From: Octopus vulgaris
Lineage: Eukaryota
NCBI GenBank assembly: GCA_951406725.2
Contig: OX597825.1
Span: 51,212,001 to 51,276,000 of the forward strand
Direction: 5' to 3'
Length of the DNA stretch: 64,000 nt
Position 1 is the stretch's first letter; every line of letters starts with the position of its first letter. This document shows positions 39,891-51,380 of the stretch, piece by piece. Below the pieces are notes generated by a model that was not told the origin of the DNA, did no database searches, and saw only the letters and a list, made by a program, of their open reading frames with translations. Position numbers and translations under genes: made by a program.

Positions 39891-40262
39891 ATACTTTTAT
39901 TCGTTTATTTGTGTCAGTCATTTTAACTGCAGCCATGCTGGGGCACTGCCTTTAGTCGAACAAATCGGCCCCAGGACTTATTCTTTGTAAGCCTAGATTC
40001 TATCGGTGATTTGCCGAATCACTAAGTTACGGGGACGTAAACAAACCAATGTCAGTTGTCAAGTGGTAGTGGGAGGTAAACACAGACAAACACATACGTA
40101 CAAACATATGACGAGCTTCTTTCCGCCTACCAAATCCACTCAAAAGGCTCTAGTTGGCCACAAGCTATAGCAGAAGACACTTGCCGAAGGTGTCACTAAG
40201 TGGGACTGAACCCGGAACCATTTGGATGGAAAGCAAGCTTCTTACCACACATCCACACGTAC
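39891..40262 (-). mobile_element. SINE family A
   Basis: Full family A body on the - strand, including GGGACTGAACCCGGAACC (B-box complement). Confidence 0.85.
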
Positions 40263-40571
40263 GATGTCCTGTGTTTTTTAACTTGCTAATCTCTTTTAGA
40301 TGTTTATCAGCGTCAAAATACTACCACTATCGACTTTCTATATTTGTATATACATTATAAGTTTTATCTACCCCGTATTCAGTGTGAAGCTTTTTCAAGA
40401 AAATATATTTATGTAAATTCCCTTTCCAAAAATGTTAAAAGATCGTGAATGACAGTTATTCTATTGACAATAACACGATATCTTCGAGCTACGTAATATA
40501 GTTTTTTTTAACTATCACCTCTATATAACATATACCACAAGATGGCACACGTGGCCGACTTGTGTAACAAA

Positions 40572-40693
<122 letters not shown>

Positions 40694-42959
40694 AGAGGAG
40701 CTTGATATTATTAACTTTATCTTTTCGACCTGAGTTTCATACGTACACGCGTATGTCCATGTCCTACATCTCGCTATTTTCATTGGAGAACATCTCGTCG
40801 CCCGTAAAACAACTGCAAAGCTATTCGAGTTAACTATTGATCAGATAATAAGAAACATTTTTCTTTCTGAGAACCGGTAATCTCTGTATTTTAAAACACT
40901 AAATTCAGCTAGTAAACTTAGGAACATCTGTAATCCATTTAGTATCAAGTCTGGGAACTTCATAAGATATAGATTCTCAAAGTTTGATGTTCCTAAGGTA
41001 CAACGAATGGTATCTGAGAAAGACACTTCCGTGTACTATTCTATAGCATCGTTTCATTTTTTATATAGAAAATAATTCAGCAAGGTTAAATGCTTCCATT
41101 TACCATTAGACAACTTGTTTATGTACGAAGTTATCAAAAATGGGAAAAAAGAAAACAATCTGGGAAAATCAATAATAAAGTAATAAAAAAAATAACCTTT
41201 CTTGACTTTCTTTGATCAAAGAGAATTTTTTCTGTCTTTGTTTTTGTTTATGTGAAAACATGATCTTATCTCACAACATTTGACGATTTCAGCTTCATCG
41301 TGGATGTTACTTTCTGCTAAGATTCCTATCTTTTTTATGACCACTAATGCTAAGGAAACTTCTGACACATATTTATGTAAGCTAATGGTATTCCTGCTTG
41401 ACTGAATCAACTGGTAAAACTTTTAATCTGCTCTAAAATGTATTAATAGAATATTTGAAAAATACTCCTTTTTTTTGGTTTGCTATTGAAAGAAGGAAAC
41501 ATTGATACAATCTTGTTATCTGCTTCCTATCATTCCTTTCTTTAACTTCAACAATGCAGTTAATATGTGTGCTAGAAGGTTCGTCGGTTTGACGAACAAT
41601 GCATCAAAAGCCAACACTATTATCTTTTCTCCACTCATCACATATTTCTTTGCTAATGTGTTGATCTTAGACGTCCAGTATATCCTACATATCTCGTCGT
41701 TTGTTTATTGGTATGATCAGACATATTTGTTCAGAGAGATTACACAACTATAATTTCACTAACTCTGGCGTCTGATACTAACTTTTAAATAAATAGTTGA
41801 GTGATTGACAAGACAATATTTCAGTTTCTATTGCAGCCGGTTGAAATCAATCTCTACATACAAAACAAAATAGAAAAATAGAACAAAATCTACTACAGTA
41901 ACTTGTTTAACTATAATAACAACTTAGATAGATGGACGTATATTTGAAAGAATAGTGCAATCGTTTAAAAGTCTTCCAGCACTGATATGGTACATATTTT
42001 ATCGACCCAGGAAGAATAAGGATACGAGATCTAAACAGAGGACGTAAAGGGACGTAATGAAAGAAAGACATTTTGTCCAAAGCATAGCTGATTCTACCAT
42101 CTGCCGCTGTTGTGATTTCAAAATAACGCTATATACTTTTAATTGTTGGTAATAATGATTTCATTTCATTTCCATTGTTTCTTTATGTTTGCGAATAATC
42201 GCTGATTATCTTCTAAAATAGTTAAGATAACTAGCAATTCGTTCACATATACTTCATTGTTAAACTTTAAATGACAAACCGTTGCCGCAATTTTATGAAA
42301 CCAAATTGATATCCGCAAGCACTTCTTCGTCTTGGAATATTGGTGATGAATATCTTTAAAAAATGTATATTATCTTCATCTAGGAGAGAATTATGAAAAG
42401 ATAAGTCAGTCGTAGGCTATATTTGAATACAGACAAGAAAAGTAAGACAGTGAAATAATTCTACCATGTATCTGAATTCTATTTCATTAGACAGGTGAGG
42501 AAGGAATCTCCTGAAGGTGACGTTGCTTTCCCAGTGCTGATAAAGTTTAAATGTACTGAAGACAGAAATAGTACATTGAAATAGGGCTGAAGAAACCAAT
42601 GCCGTTGTGTCAGCAATTAAAGAGTAGAGGCTCAGTTCAAAATTGAAATGCATTTGTTAAATTTGAAACGACTCTATCAGATGTTTCGAATAAACAATCG
42701 GTGGAGAGAAATATTTATAATTCTCGAAATATTATGTCGAAAAGGAAATGAATTTTTATAATTCTAATCCAGAAACGCATCCATAATTAATCGAAGACTG
42801 ATTTTATTATTTTCCTTTCTTTTTACCTGTGTAAGTTACAGATAGTTCTATCGCTAGAGTCATATTTTGTAGCGAAAGAAATAGCGGTCTTTCGGCTGCT
42901 ATTTCTAAATTTTCGGTATGTGGTGAAGCAACTTGTTGCTAAACCCTTAATTATTGTTA

Positions 42960-43035
<76 letters not shown>

Positions 43036-43183
43036 TGAGAAAGTTGGTGTGTGAAAGCATGTGGTTGAATATATAGAAAATAGTAAAAAGTGAAAAAAAC
43101 TACAGAAGGCTTGTTTTAAAAGGTTAAAAAATATATGTCAGAAGAATGTTATGAATTTTTTTCATACAATGACATAGTTTTTG

Positions 43184-43223
43184 AAGAGATGACCGGTTTC
43201 GCGTTCAGCTTTTCAAATTTCTT
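43184..43223 (-). ncRNA. Degenerate minimal hammerhead in left pLTR (mirror copy on + at 45338-45377)
   Basis: AAGAAAT-TTGAAAA-GC(TGAAC)GC-GAAACCGGTC-ATCTCTT: stems I and II and palindromic ACCGGT are present; the CUGANGA box has two substitutions. Confidence 0.55.
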
Positions 43224-43319
43224 ACATCGTTATGATTTCGTTAAGAAGTGTAAAGGAGAGTTCCAGGTAAGGGGAGGTAATAAGTGATTTCTTCCGGTGT
43301 AAGGGAGATAACCGCTTAA

Positions 43320-45044
43320 TATTTCTTGCCTTTTTTGGGGGGGGTGAGTTTCTCTATATAAAAATGTTGGAGTGGTTAAGTTTGGGCTTATATTTTTCAA
43401 TGAAGAATGTTTCCTTGTTTAGTCTAATTTGTGTTGGTATTCCAATAGCACATTGGTAAAATGGAAAGATTAAAAATTGTGGTAGTAGTTGCTTTGCGCA
43501 TTTCTCAATGTGCTCACTAAAGGGTATCATTCTGTATTCTGGGAATGCAATATGTTGTCGATGCAGTGTGCATCTACGTCTGAGTGATAGTCCCGTGGAC
43601 CCCACGTAGTTTTGGTGGCAGCCCGAGCATCTTATGACATAAATTATGTTTTCAGAGGCACAAGTAAAATTAGATTTGATCTTGAATTTTTGTCCCTCTT
43701 TGAAGAGGAATTCTGATCCTTCTAGCAGGTTTGGACATGTTGCACAGTTCGGTCTACCACATTTTTTTTACTTTTGCATCCGTAATTTCAGAAAACAATT
43801 TTGCCTTTGTGAGAATCTTTTTAAGTGATTTAGGTTGTTTGTAGCTTTTAATGATTTGGTGTATGTTTAGAATTTCCTTTAATTTGGGATCCTTATGAAG
43901 TATTGGTAAATTCTGGGTGATGATAGTGAAGGCTTCTTTGTTTCTGGGGTTGTATGTAGATATGTAAAGTAGTATTTTCGGGGAAGGTGTGTTGTTGTGT
44001 TGAACTTTTCTCAAAGTTTCTATGTCGATTTCTGTTGCACGTCTGATCCCATCCTCTATGAGTTGAGCTGGGTAATGTCTGTCAATTAGGGTGTTTTTGA
44101 GTTCTTTTAGTCTAACGTTCCTGGTATTTTGTTCTGACGCTATTGTGCATATCCTTCTTGCAAGGTTGAAAGGGATGTTTGTTTTGGTGTGTCTTGGGTG
44201 GCATGAATCAAAAAGTAGGTATTGTTTGGCGTCTGTGGCTTTGTAAAAAATGTCTGTTTCTATTTTAAGGTTAATTTTTTTAATTAGTATATCCAAGAAC
44301 GGGAGCTCCTTTTGGTTGTATTCCATTGTGAACTGTATATTTGGGTTTATGCTATTCAATAGGTTTTTGAATTTTAGGTGTTTATCTGTGTTTTCATTCC
44401 AGAGTATAAAACAATCGTCCAGGAGTCGTTACCAATTTTCTTTTATGTATTGAGAGATGGGGTTTCCAAAGATTGATAAAGATTCCTGGTAAATAATTAT
44501 TTCCAGGTAGCCCATTGTAAGGTTCGCAATGACTGGTGCTGCACTTGTACCCATAGCAATTCCGGATTTTTGACGGTAAAATGTATTGTCAAGCATGAAG
44601 TGGTTATTATGTAGGATGAATTCAATTGATTTAGTAATGAATACTTTACTGATCCTTTTTGGTATTTATTCCGGAAATTGGTCCAGCCAGAACTGTATTG
44701 CCTCTAGTCCATAATTATGAGGTATACTGGTATATAAGTTAACTACGTCAAATGAAACCATGATTGTTTCTTGCTTGGCTTTTTTTGGAAGGTGGTTTAA
44801 CATATCTAAGTCATCTCTGATATGGCTATCGATATGTTTAAGGAAGGGTTTCAGGAGGATGTCCATAAATAGACTTAATCTGTGTGTTTCACAGATTGGA
44901 CCAGCTACAATGGGTCGTAGTTTTAGGTCCCCCGGGTTAGGTGTGTGTATGTATGTCTTTGGTGATTTTTTAATGGTTTCATTTATAATTTGGCTTTTAT
45001 GAATTTTTGGCAGACCATAGAAGAGGCTAGGTTTGCATTTAAAG
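43320..45044 (-). pseudogene. PLE reverse transcriptase / GIY-YIG endonuclease pseudogene
   Basis: FYGLPKIHK, LRPIVAGP, FDVVNLYTSIP, GIAMGT, LDDCF, LPFLDI, SCHPRHTK, linker CGRPNCATC and NIIYVIRCSGCHQNYVGSTG...R...H; several frameshifts. Confidence 0.95.
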
Positions 45045-45497
45045 AGTGAGCACATTGAGAAATGCGCAAAGCAACTACTACCACAATTTTTAATCTTTCC
45101 ATTTTACCAATGTGCTATTGGAATACCAACACAAATTAGACTAAAAAAGGAAACATTCTTCATTGAAAAATATATGCCCAAACTTAACCACTCCAACATT
45201 CTTATACAGAGAATCTCACCCCCACAAAAACGCAAGAAATATTAAGCGATTATCTCCTTTACACCGGAAGAAATCACTTATTACCTCCCCTTACCTGGAA
45301 CTCTCCTTTACACTTCTTAACGAAATCATAACGATGTAAGAAATTTCAAAAGCTGAACGCGAAACCGGTAATTTCTTCAAATACTATGTCATTGTATGAA
45401 AAAAATTTATAACATTATTCTGACATAATGACACAAATATTTATTTTTTAACCTTTTAAAACAAGCCTTCTGTAGTTTTTTTCACTTTTTACTCTTT

Positions 45498-45586
<89 letters not shown>

Positions 45587-46149
45587 GGTTCAAACGTACA
45601 GAAAACAAACAAAATAACACAGATAAGCGAGGGAACTAAAGCAGGTATATTAGATGACGGTCGGAAAAAACTACGAAATTCTTCGCACTTACACTCTTCA
45701 AGAGAAAAAGTTAGGAAGAAAGATTGAGGGGAGAGGGAGAGAGACAGACAGACACAGGAGAGAGATTGCGGTAGAAAGAGAAAACGTATTGTTGGGATCA
45801 ATGCGTTCCACCTGTTGATACGACCGTAAGGAAGAGGCAGTGAAAGGGCGGATAACTGTAACCCGGTTGTACAGGGGCGTGCAAACAAATGTATGTATGT
45901 AGAATGATGTATGGATATATATGTGTGGGGTGGGGTAGGGGTGCGAGGGCTTGTATATGTATGTGTGGGTGAACATAAGGTTATATGAGCCTCTGTGTCT
46001 GTGTGTGTATAAGTGTGCGTATTGGAGTGTGTTTGTATGTGTATAAATAAATTTGTACATGCACTGTGTTCCGTGTGTGATGCCATCCGGTGTAAATGAC
46101 TGTGTTGTGGGGGATGCAAGGAGGTACATATATATATTGCTTATCATAC

Positions 46150-46501
<352 letters not shown>

Positions 46502-46901
46502 ATAATACAGTGATTGTTTCTTATCAGGAACAAAATGTTTAATAGGACTGCTATAGAAGTGCTCAATTGAATGAGACAAATATATCAAACTAAGGTTATA
46601 GAACAAACAAATGCAATGTCATCCGCATTTCATTTCATAACTCGAACATTTAATCATAGAATATACATTTAAACATCGCGGAAGATGGAACGTAACTCAT
46701 CTGTACAAGCATATAAGAAATTGCGAGAAAAAATGTGTCAATACAGTTCATCACGGTTAAAAGCTAATACTTTAGCAATCAAGAAAAATATATTTTTAAA
46801 AAAAACCCATTACAACACCTATAAAGTAAATACGTGAAAATATAGCATTAAGTAATATATAAATATATAGGTATATAAAAATATGTACAAATATATATAT
46901 A

Positions 46902-47300
46902 TACTCTTTTACTCTTTTACTTGTTTCAGTCATTTGACTGCGGCCATGCTGGAGCACCGCCTTTAGTCGAGCAAATCGACCCCGGGACTTATTCTTTGTA
47001 AGCCCAGTACTTATTCTATCGGTCTCTTTTGCAGAACCTCTAAGTGACGGAGACGTAAACACACCAGCATCGGTTGTCAAGCAATGCTATGGGGACAAAC
47101 ACAGACACACAAACACATACATACACATATATATATATATACATATATACGGCAGGCTTCTTTAAGTTTCCGTCTACCAAATCCACTCACAAGGCATTGG
47201 TCAGCCCGGGGCTATAGCAGAAGACACTTGCCCAAGATGTCACGCAGTAGGACTGAACCCGGAACCATGTGGTTGGTTAGCAAGCTACTTACCACACAGC
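46902..47300 (-). mobile_element. SINE family A (well preserved)
   Basis: Full body with (GAGTAAAA)-like tail, CTTGGGCAAGTGTCTTC CORE-like motif and tRNA-like head. Confidence 0.9.
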
Positions 47301-47429
47301 AACAGCATATAAAAAATATATAATATATAATGTAAAATAAAATAAAAGTTCATCGTTTAGAAAATCTTATAAAGTTACTTTTCAAATAAGAGAGGCCTTA
47401 TAGTTAAAAAAGAGGAAACCATATTTACA

Positions 47430-47511
47430 TTCCCTATGGCCATTTCAGGGGTATATTATTGTGTTTAAAGCACTAGGGTACATCACGATAATAACTCCTT
47501 CGTCAGGGGAA
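47430..47511 (-). ncRNA. Hammerhead ribozyme, type I, complete consensus core
   Basis: Minus strand: stem I TTCCC / CTGACGA / stem II AGGAGTTATTAT...ATAATATACCCCT / GAAA / T-GGCC-A stem III / TA cleavage / GGGAA. Predicted cut between 47435 and 47434. Confidence 0.8.
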
Positions 47512-47542
47512 AAAATAGAGAGATAGACGTCATCGCGTACCA

Positions 47543-47593
<51 letters not shown>

Positions 47594-47616
47594 CAAATAT
47601 ATGTACATACACATAT

Positions 47617-47772
47617 ATGGCTGCGTGGTTAGTAGCTTACTTACAAACTACATGGTTCTGGGTTCAGTTTCAATGCGTGCCACCTTGGGCAAGTGTCTTC
47701 TACTGTAGCCTCGGGCCGAACAAATCCTTGTGAGTGGATTTGGTAGACGGAAACTAAAAGCAGCCCATCGCA

Positions 47773-47845
<73 letters not shown>

Positions 47846-48077
47846 ATGTATGTATGTGTGTGTATACGTTTGTGTGTCTGTGTTTGTCCACCCTTCAACA
47901 TCGTTTGACAACCGATGCTGGTGTGTTTACGTCCCCGTAACTTAGCGGTTCTGCAAAAAGACCGATAGTATAAGTACTAGGCTTACAAAGATTAAGTCCT
48001 GGGGTCGATCTGCTCGACTAAAGGCAGTGATCCAGCATGGCCACAGTCAAATGACTGAAACAAATAAAAGAGTAAAA
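47617..48077 (+). mobile_element. SINE family A with expanded internal (TA)n
   Basis: A-box TGGCTGCGTGG, B-box-like GGTTCAGTTTC, CCTTGGGCAAGTGTCTTC and the family 3' end. Confidence 0.9.
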
Positions 48078-48079
48078 CA

Positions 48080-48118
<39 letters not shown>

Positions 48119-48133
48119 TACATATATACATAT

Positions 48134-48236
<103 letters not shown>

Positions 48237-48299
48237 AGGACCTCACCTCGGGATTGCACTTAGAAATTTAGCCGCCGATACAGAAGTCCAGTCCAAGTT

Positions 48300-48549
48300 G
48301 TTAATAGAAGAACAGTAGTCACTCATGCATACTAGCCTTCCGTCTTCAGGCCACCGATGTTAACCGAGTGAAAGGTAGATACTGCTTGGCAAAAGCGATG
48401 TCACAACTCATTTCTACAGATGAGTGGACTGGAGTGACATGAAGTAAAGTGCCTTGCTCAGGGACGAAACACACAGCCCTGTCCGATAATTGAACTCACA
48501 ACCTCACAATAATAAGCTCGATGCTCTAACCACTGGGTCATGCCTTCAC
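48300..48549 (-). mobile_element. tRNA-derived SINE, family C
   Basis: Minus strand TGACCCAGTGG (A box)...GAGTTCAATT (B box)...GTCCCTGAGCAAGGCACTT CORE-like motif; body differs from families A and B. Confidence 0.7.
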
Positions 48550-49626
48550 GATATAAATACATGCATACATATACATACATATGCATGCATAAATATACAT
48601 ACATACATTCATACACACACACACACACATATATAGCTTTCTGTTCCATACAACACTTAAGATATGACAAATGTAAGTATCTTGTTTATAGGCATACTAC
48701 ACTGCAGTATACCACATTCTGATACACTGACACACAGGGTTATATAAATATTCAAAGTGACTCACTACAGTATTAGATTAAGTAATTGGTTAAAGGTGAA
48801 CAGGAATTTAGTGAATAGTTTTGCTTTGATAAATGGTCCTATTATTTTTCGACATTATGTCTTAAGAGAACTTATATATTCAATAAATATTTATTGAACA
48901 AATATTTCATAAATTTAAGTTATAATTTATATTTATTTCACTTTGTTATGGTTTTCATCAGTGTTATATATGTTTATATTTCAATAACAGCGTCATGTTT
49001 GAAGTATGCTCCGAGATTTTACTGCTTTCTCCATCGATTATTTGTAATACATTGAAGCAACGCAAGCAGTTCACTAATCTGATTTGCCCTTAAACAATAA
49101 TCCTAATTAGCATTTATGATTTTATTTTAATAATTAGGTTCAGAAGTCGAGAGCTAATTTAAAGCTTGCTTTGTGAAAAGCCACGAAGTGTAAAGCAGTT
49201 AGATTCTTAATCAACCTTATTAGTATAGATCCTTAGGTTATGATATAATATAGCCAGTAGGTGAAGCGTAGAGCCGCCATTAACCTCATATTGCTTCATT
49301 CACAAAACACTAAGAAACAAACTATTTATTACGTACAAAGTCACACACTACAGCCAATATTGTACAACAAAATTAGGGTTATGAAAGAATTCCAGATAAA
49401 AGATGATTAGCTATTCTGACGCTCTTCCAATTTTATATTCATTTAAAACGTCATGAATGACACAATCCGATTGTCGAAGAAAACTGCACTGAAATATATA
49501 TAAATATGTAAATCAATACGAGAGAAAATAATCATTAAATTTCCACAGAAATGGCATACAGTATAATTACATAAATTTACCAACGATTTAATTATCGGAT
49601 CATGTTTATAGAAAAACATAACCCCA

Positions 49627-49661
<35 letters not shown>

Positions 49662-49815
49662 ATATGGTTTATGAATTTGTGTTGCAAGACTCCTGATGTG
49701 AAGTCGAGTGTTGAAAGGGATACTGCTGTATTTCAGTATGTTCATGCTTTTTTTGCCAAATAAGCACAGAAACTATATATTCCTTCATTACTCGTGTATT
49801 ACTATTCTTATTCTA

Positions 49816-50062
49816 ACTCAATTTCATTTTCCGGAAATCTTTTGTCACACATCTGTGACCTCGTCATCAAAACTTGCCGTTTTCGTGTGTGCTCTAGCTC
49901 TGCTTATTCCCTGTTCTCCTATGATGTGTATCCTTATATGCTTATAAGGATACACATAATAGAAGAACAGAATGAATTAAGCAGAGCCAGAGCACACACG
50001 AAGACGGAAAGTGTCACTGGGGATGTCACAAATGTGTGAAGATTTCCGGACAATAGAAATGA

Positions 50063-50064
<2 letters not shown>
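49816..50064. repeat. Imperfect fold-back, ~120-bp arms, 4-nt loop
   Basis: Centre ...GTGTATCCTTATA-TGCT-TATAAGGATACAC...; arms pair out to ACTCA/TGAGT; (TA)n immediately to the right. Confidence 0.9.
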
Positions 50065-50103
<39 letters not shown>

Positions 50104-50175
50104 GGTCCCGGGTTGAGTCGGGGTTAACCACAGTAAATAAGGTACTCAATACATAGCAGAGTAAATTAATTTATT

Positions 50176-50249
50176 TTATAGAAGGAGCTTCTACAGGACT
50201 AGAACTGTTTCATTTATATGAAACAGTTCTAGTCCTGTAGAAGCTCCTT

Positions 50250-50255
<6 letters not shown>
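50176..50255. repeat. Perfect 38-bp-arm fold-back between (TA)n tracts
   Basis: TTATAGAAGGAGCTTCTACAGGACTAGAACTGTTTCAT and its exact reverse complement, with a 4-nt loop. Confidence 0.97.
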
Positions 50256-50308
<53 letters not shown>

Positions 50309-50996
50309 GCACTGAAAGAATCAAAGGGTGATTCGGCTCAGAACAGGCAACTGCTATCCAGGTATATGTTATAGATAAGTGTGTGGGTATGTGTTTGTGT
50401 TTCCTTTTTTGTCTACGCGATAGTGCAAGGACTTTTAAATTTGTCGTTTTGTGCTCACGTATGTATATTGCCTACAAAGGTGTGTTGGAATTTAAGCGCA
50501 GGCGAAAGGCAATTAACCCGGGTATTGGATAACTCTAGCAGAAAAGCCTGACATATGACGTTCATTGAGTTTGTGTCAAATATTTACACGACTTTCTACT
50601 AACTACATCTTCAAACAATGTGACTAATCTTGTACAGGTCTTCTTCACTGAAACAGAAATTCTGTAACGGTAACTTAATAGCTTGTTTTAATATTAGGTG
50701 CTGGAACTTTGTATGCAGAAGTCGACGTAAGAGAATATCAAATAGTAGTACGTGCGTGTGCTTGTGTGTGCATGTATATAAGTATATAATAAAAGAGAGG
50801 GGGGGCAGAAAGAAATTCCCTAGTTGAAAATTGTATATATATATATATATTAGTCATTCAAATCCCAACATACCTGGAGTTACTTTTTATATTCTCATTT
50901 TTCTTTAGTATTGTCACCAGTACTTTCATCGCTTTATAATAATCTTCAGTTAAATGGTTACAGAGCAACGGAAATTATGTTTAGATGAATATTTAC

Positions 50997-51380
50997 ATCT
51001 TTTACTTGATGCCGTCATTTGACACCGGCCATTCTGGGTCACCGCCTTGAAGTGACTTTGTCGAACAAATCGACCCCAGAGCTTATTTTCTGTAAGCCTA
51101 GCACTTATTCCACCGGTATCTTTGCCAAACAGCTAATTTACAGGACATAAACACACTAACACCAGTTGTCAAGCGGTGACGAGGGACAAATACAGACACT
51201 AACACACACGCGCACACACACACACACATGTATATACGACGTGCTTCTTTCGGTTTCCGTCTACCGAATCCATTCGCAAGACTTTGCTTCGAACGAAGCT
51301 ATAGTTGAAGACGCCGCAGATGCCATGCAGTGAGTTGAATCTGGAACACTGAGAAGCGATTTTCTTACCGTACTGGCATG
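50997..51380 (-). mobile_element. SINE family A (diverged)
   Basis: GTCATTTGAC...GTCGAACAAATCGACCCCAG...TTCCGTCTACCGAATCCA family body. Confidence 0.8.

Larger units (their letters stand above)
43034..45500 (-). mobile_element. Penelope-like retroelement (Neptune-type linker), 5'-truncated, with inverted pLTR, inserted in (TA)n
   Basis: RT and GIY-YIG coding at 43320-45044; 43075-43518 is repeated inverted at 45045-45500; (TA)n tracts on both sides. Confidence 0.95.

Noticed and set aside
40780-42720. Possible decayed transposase-like coding sequence
   Set aside because: Only short stop-ridden frames with no recognisable DDE or zinc-finger motif.
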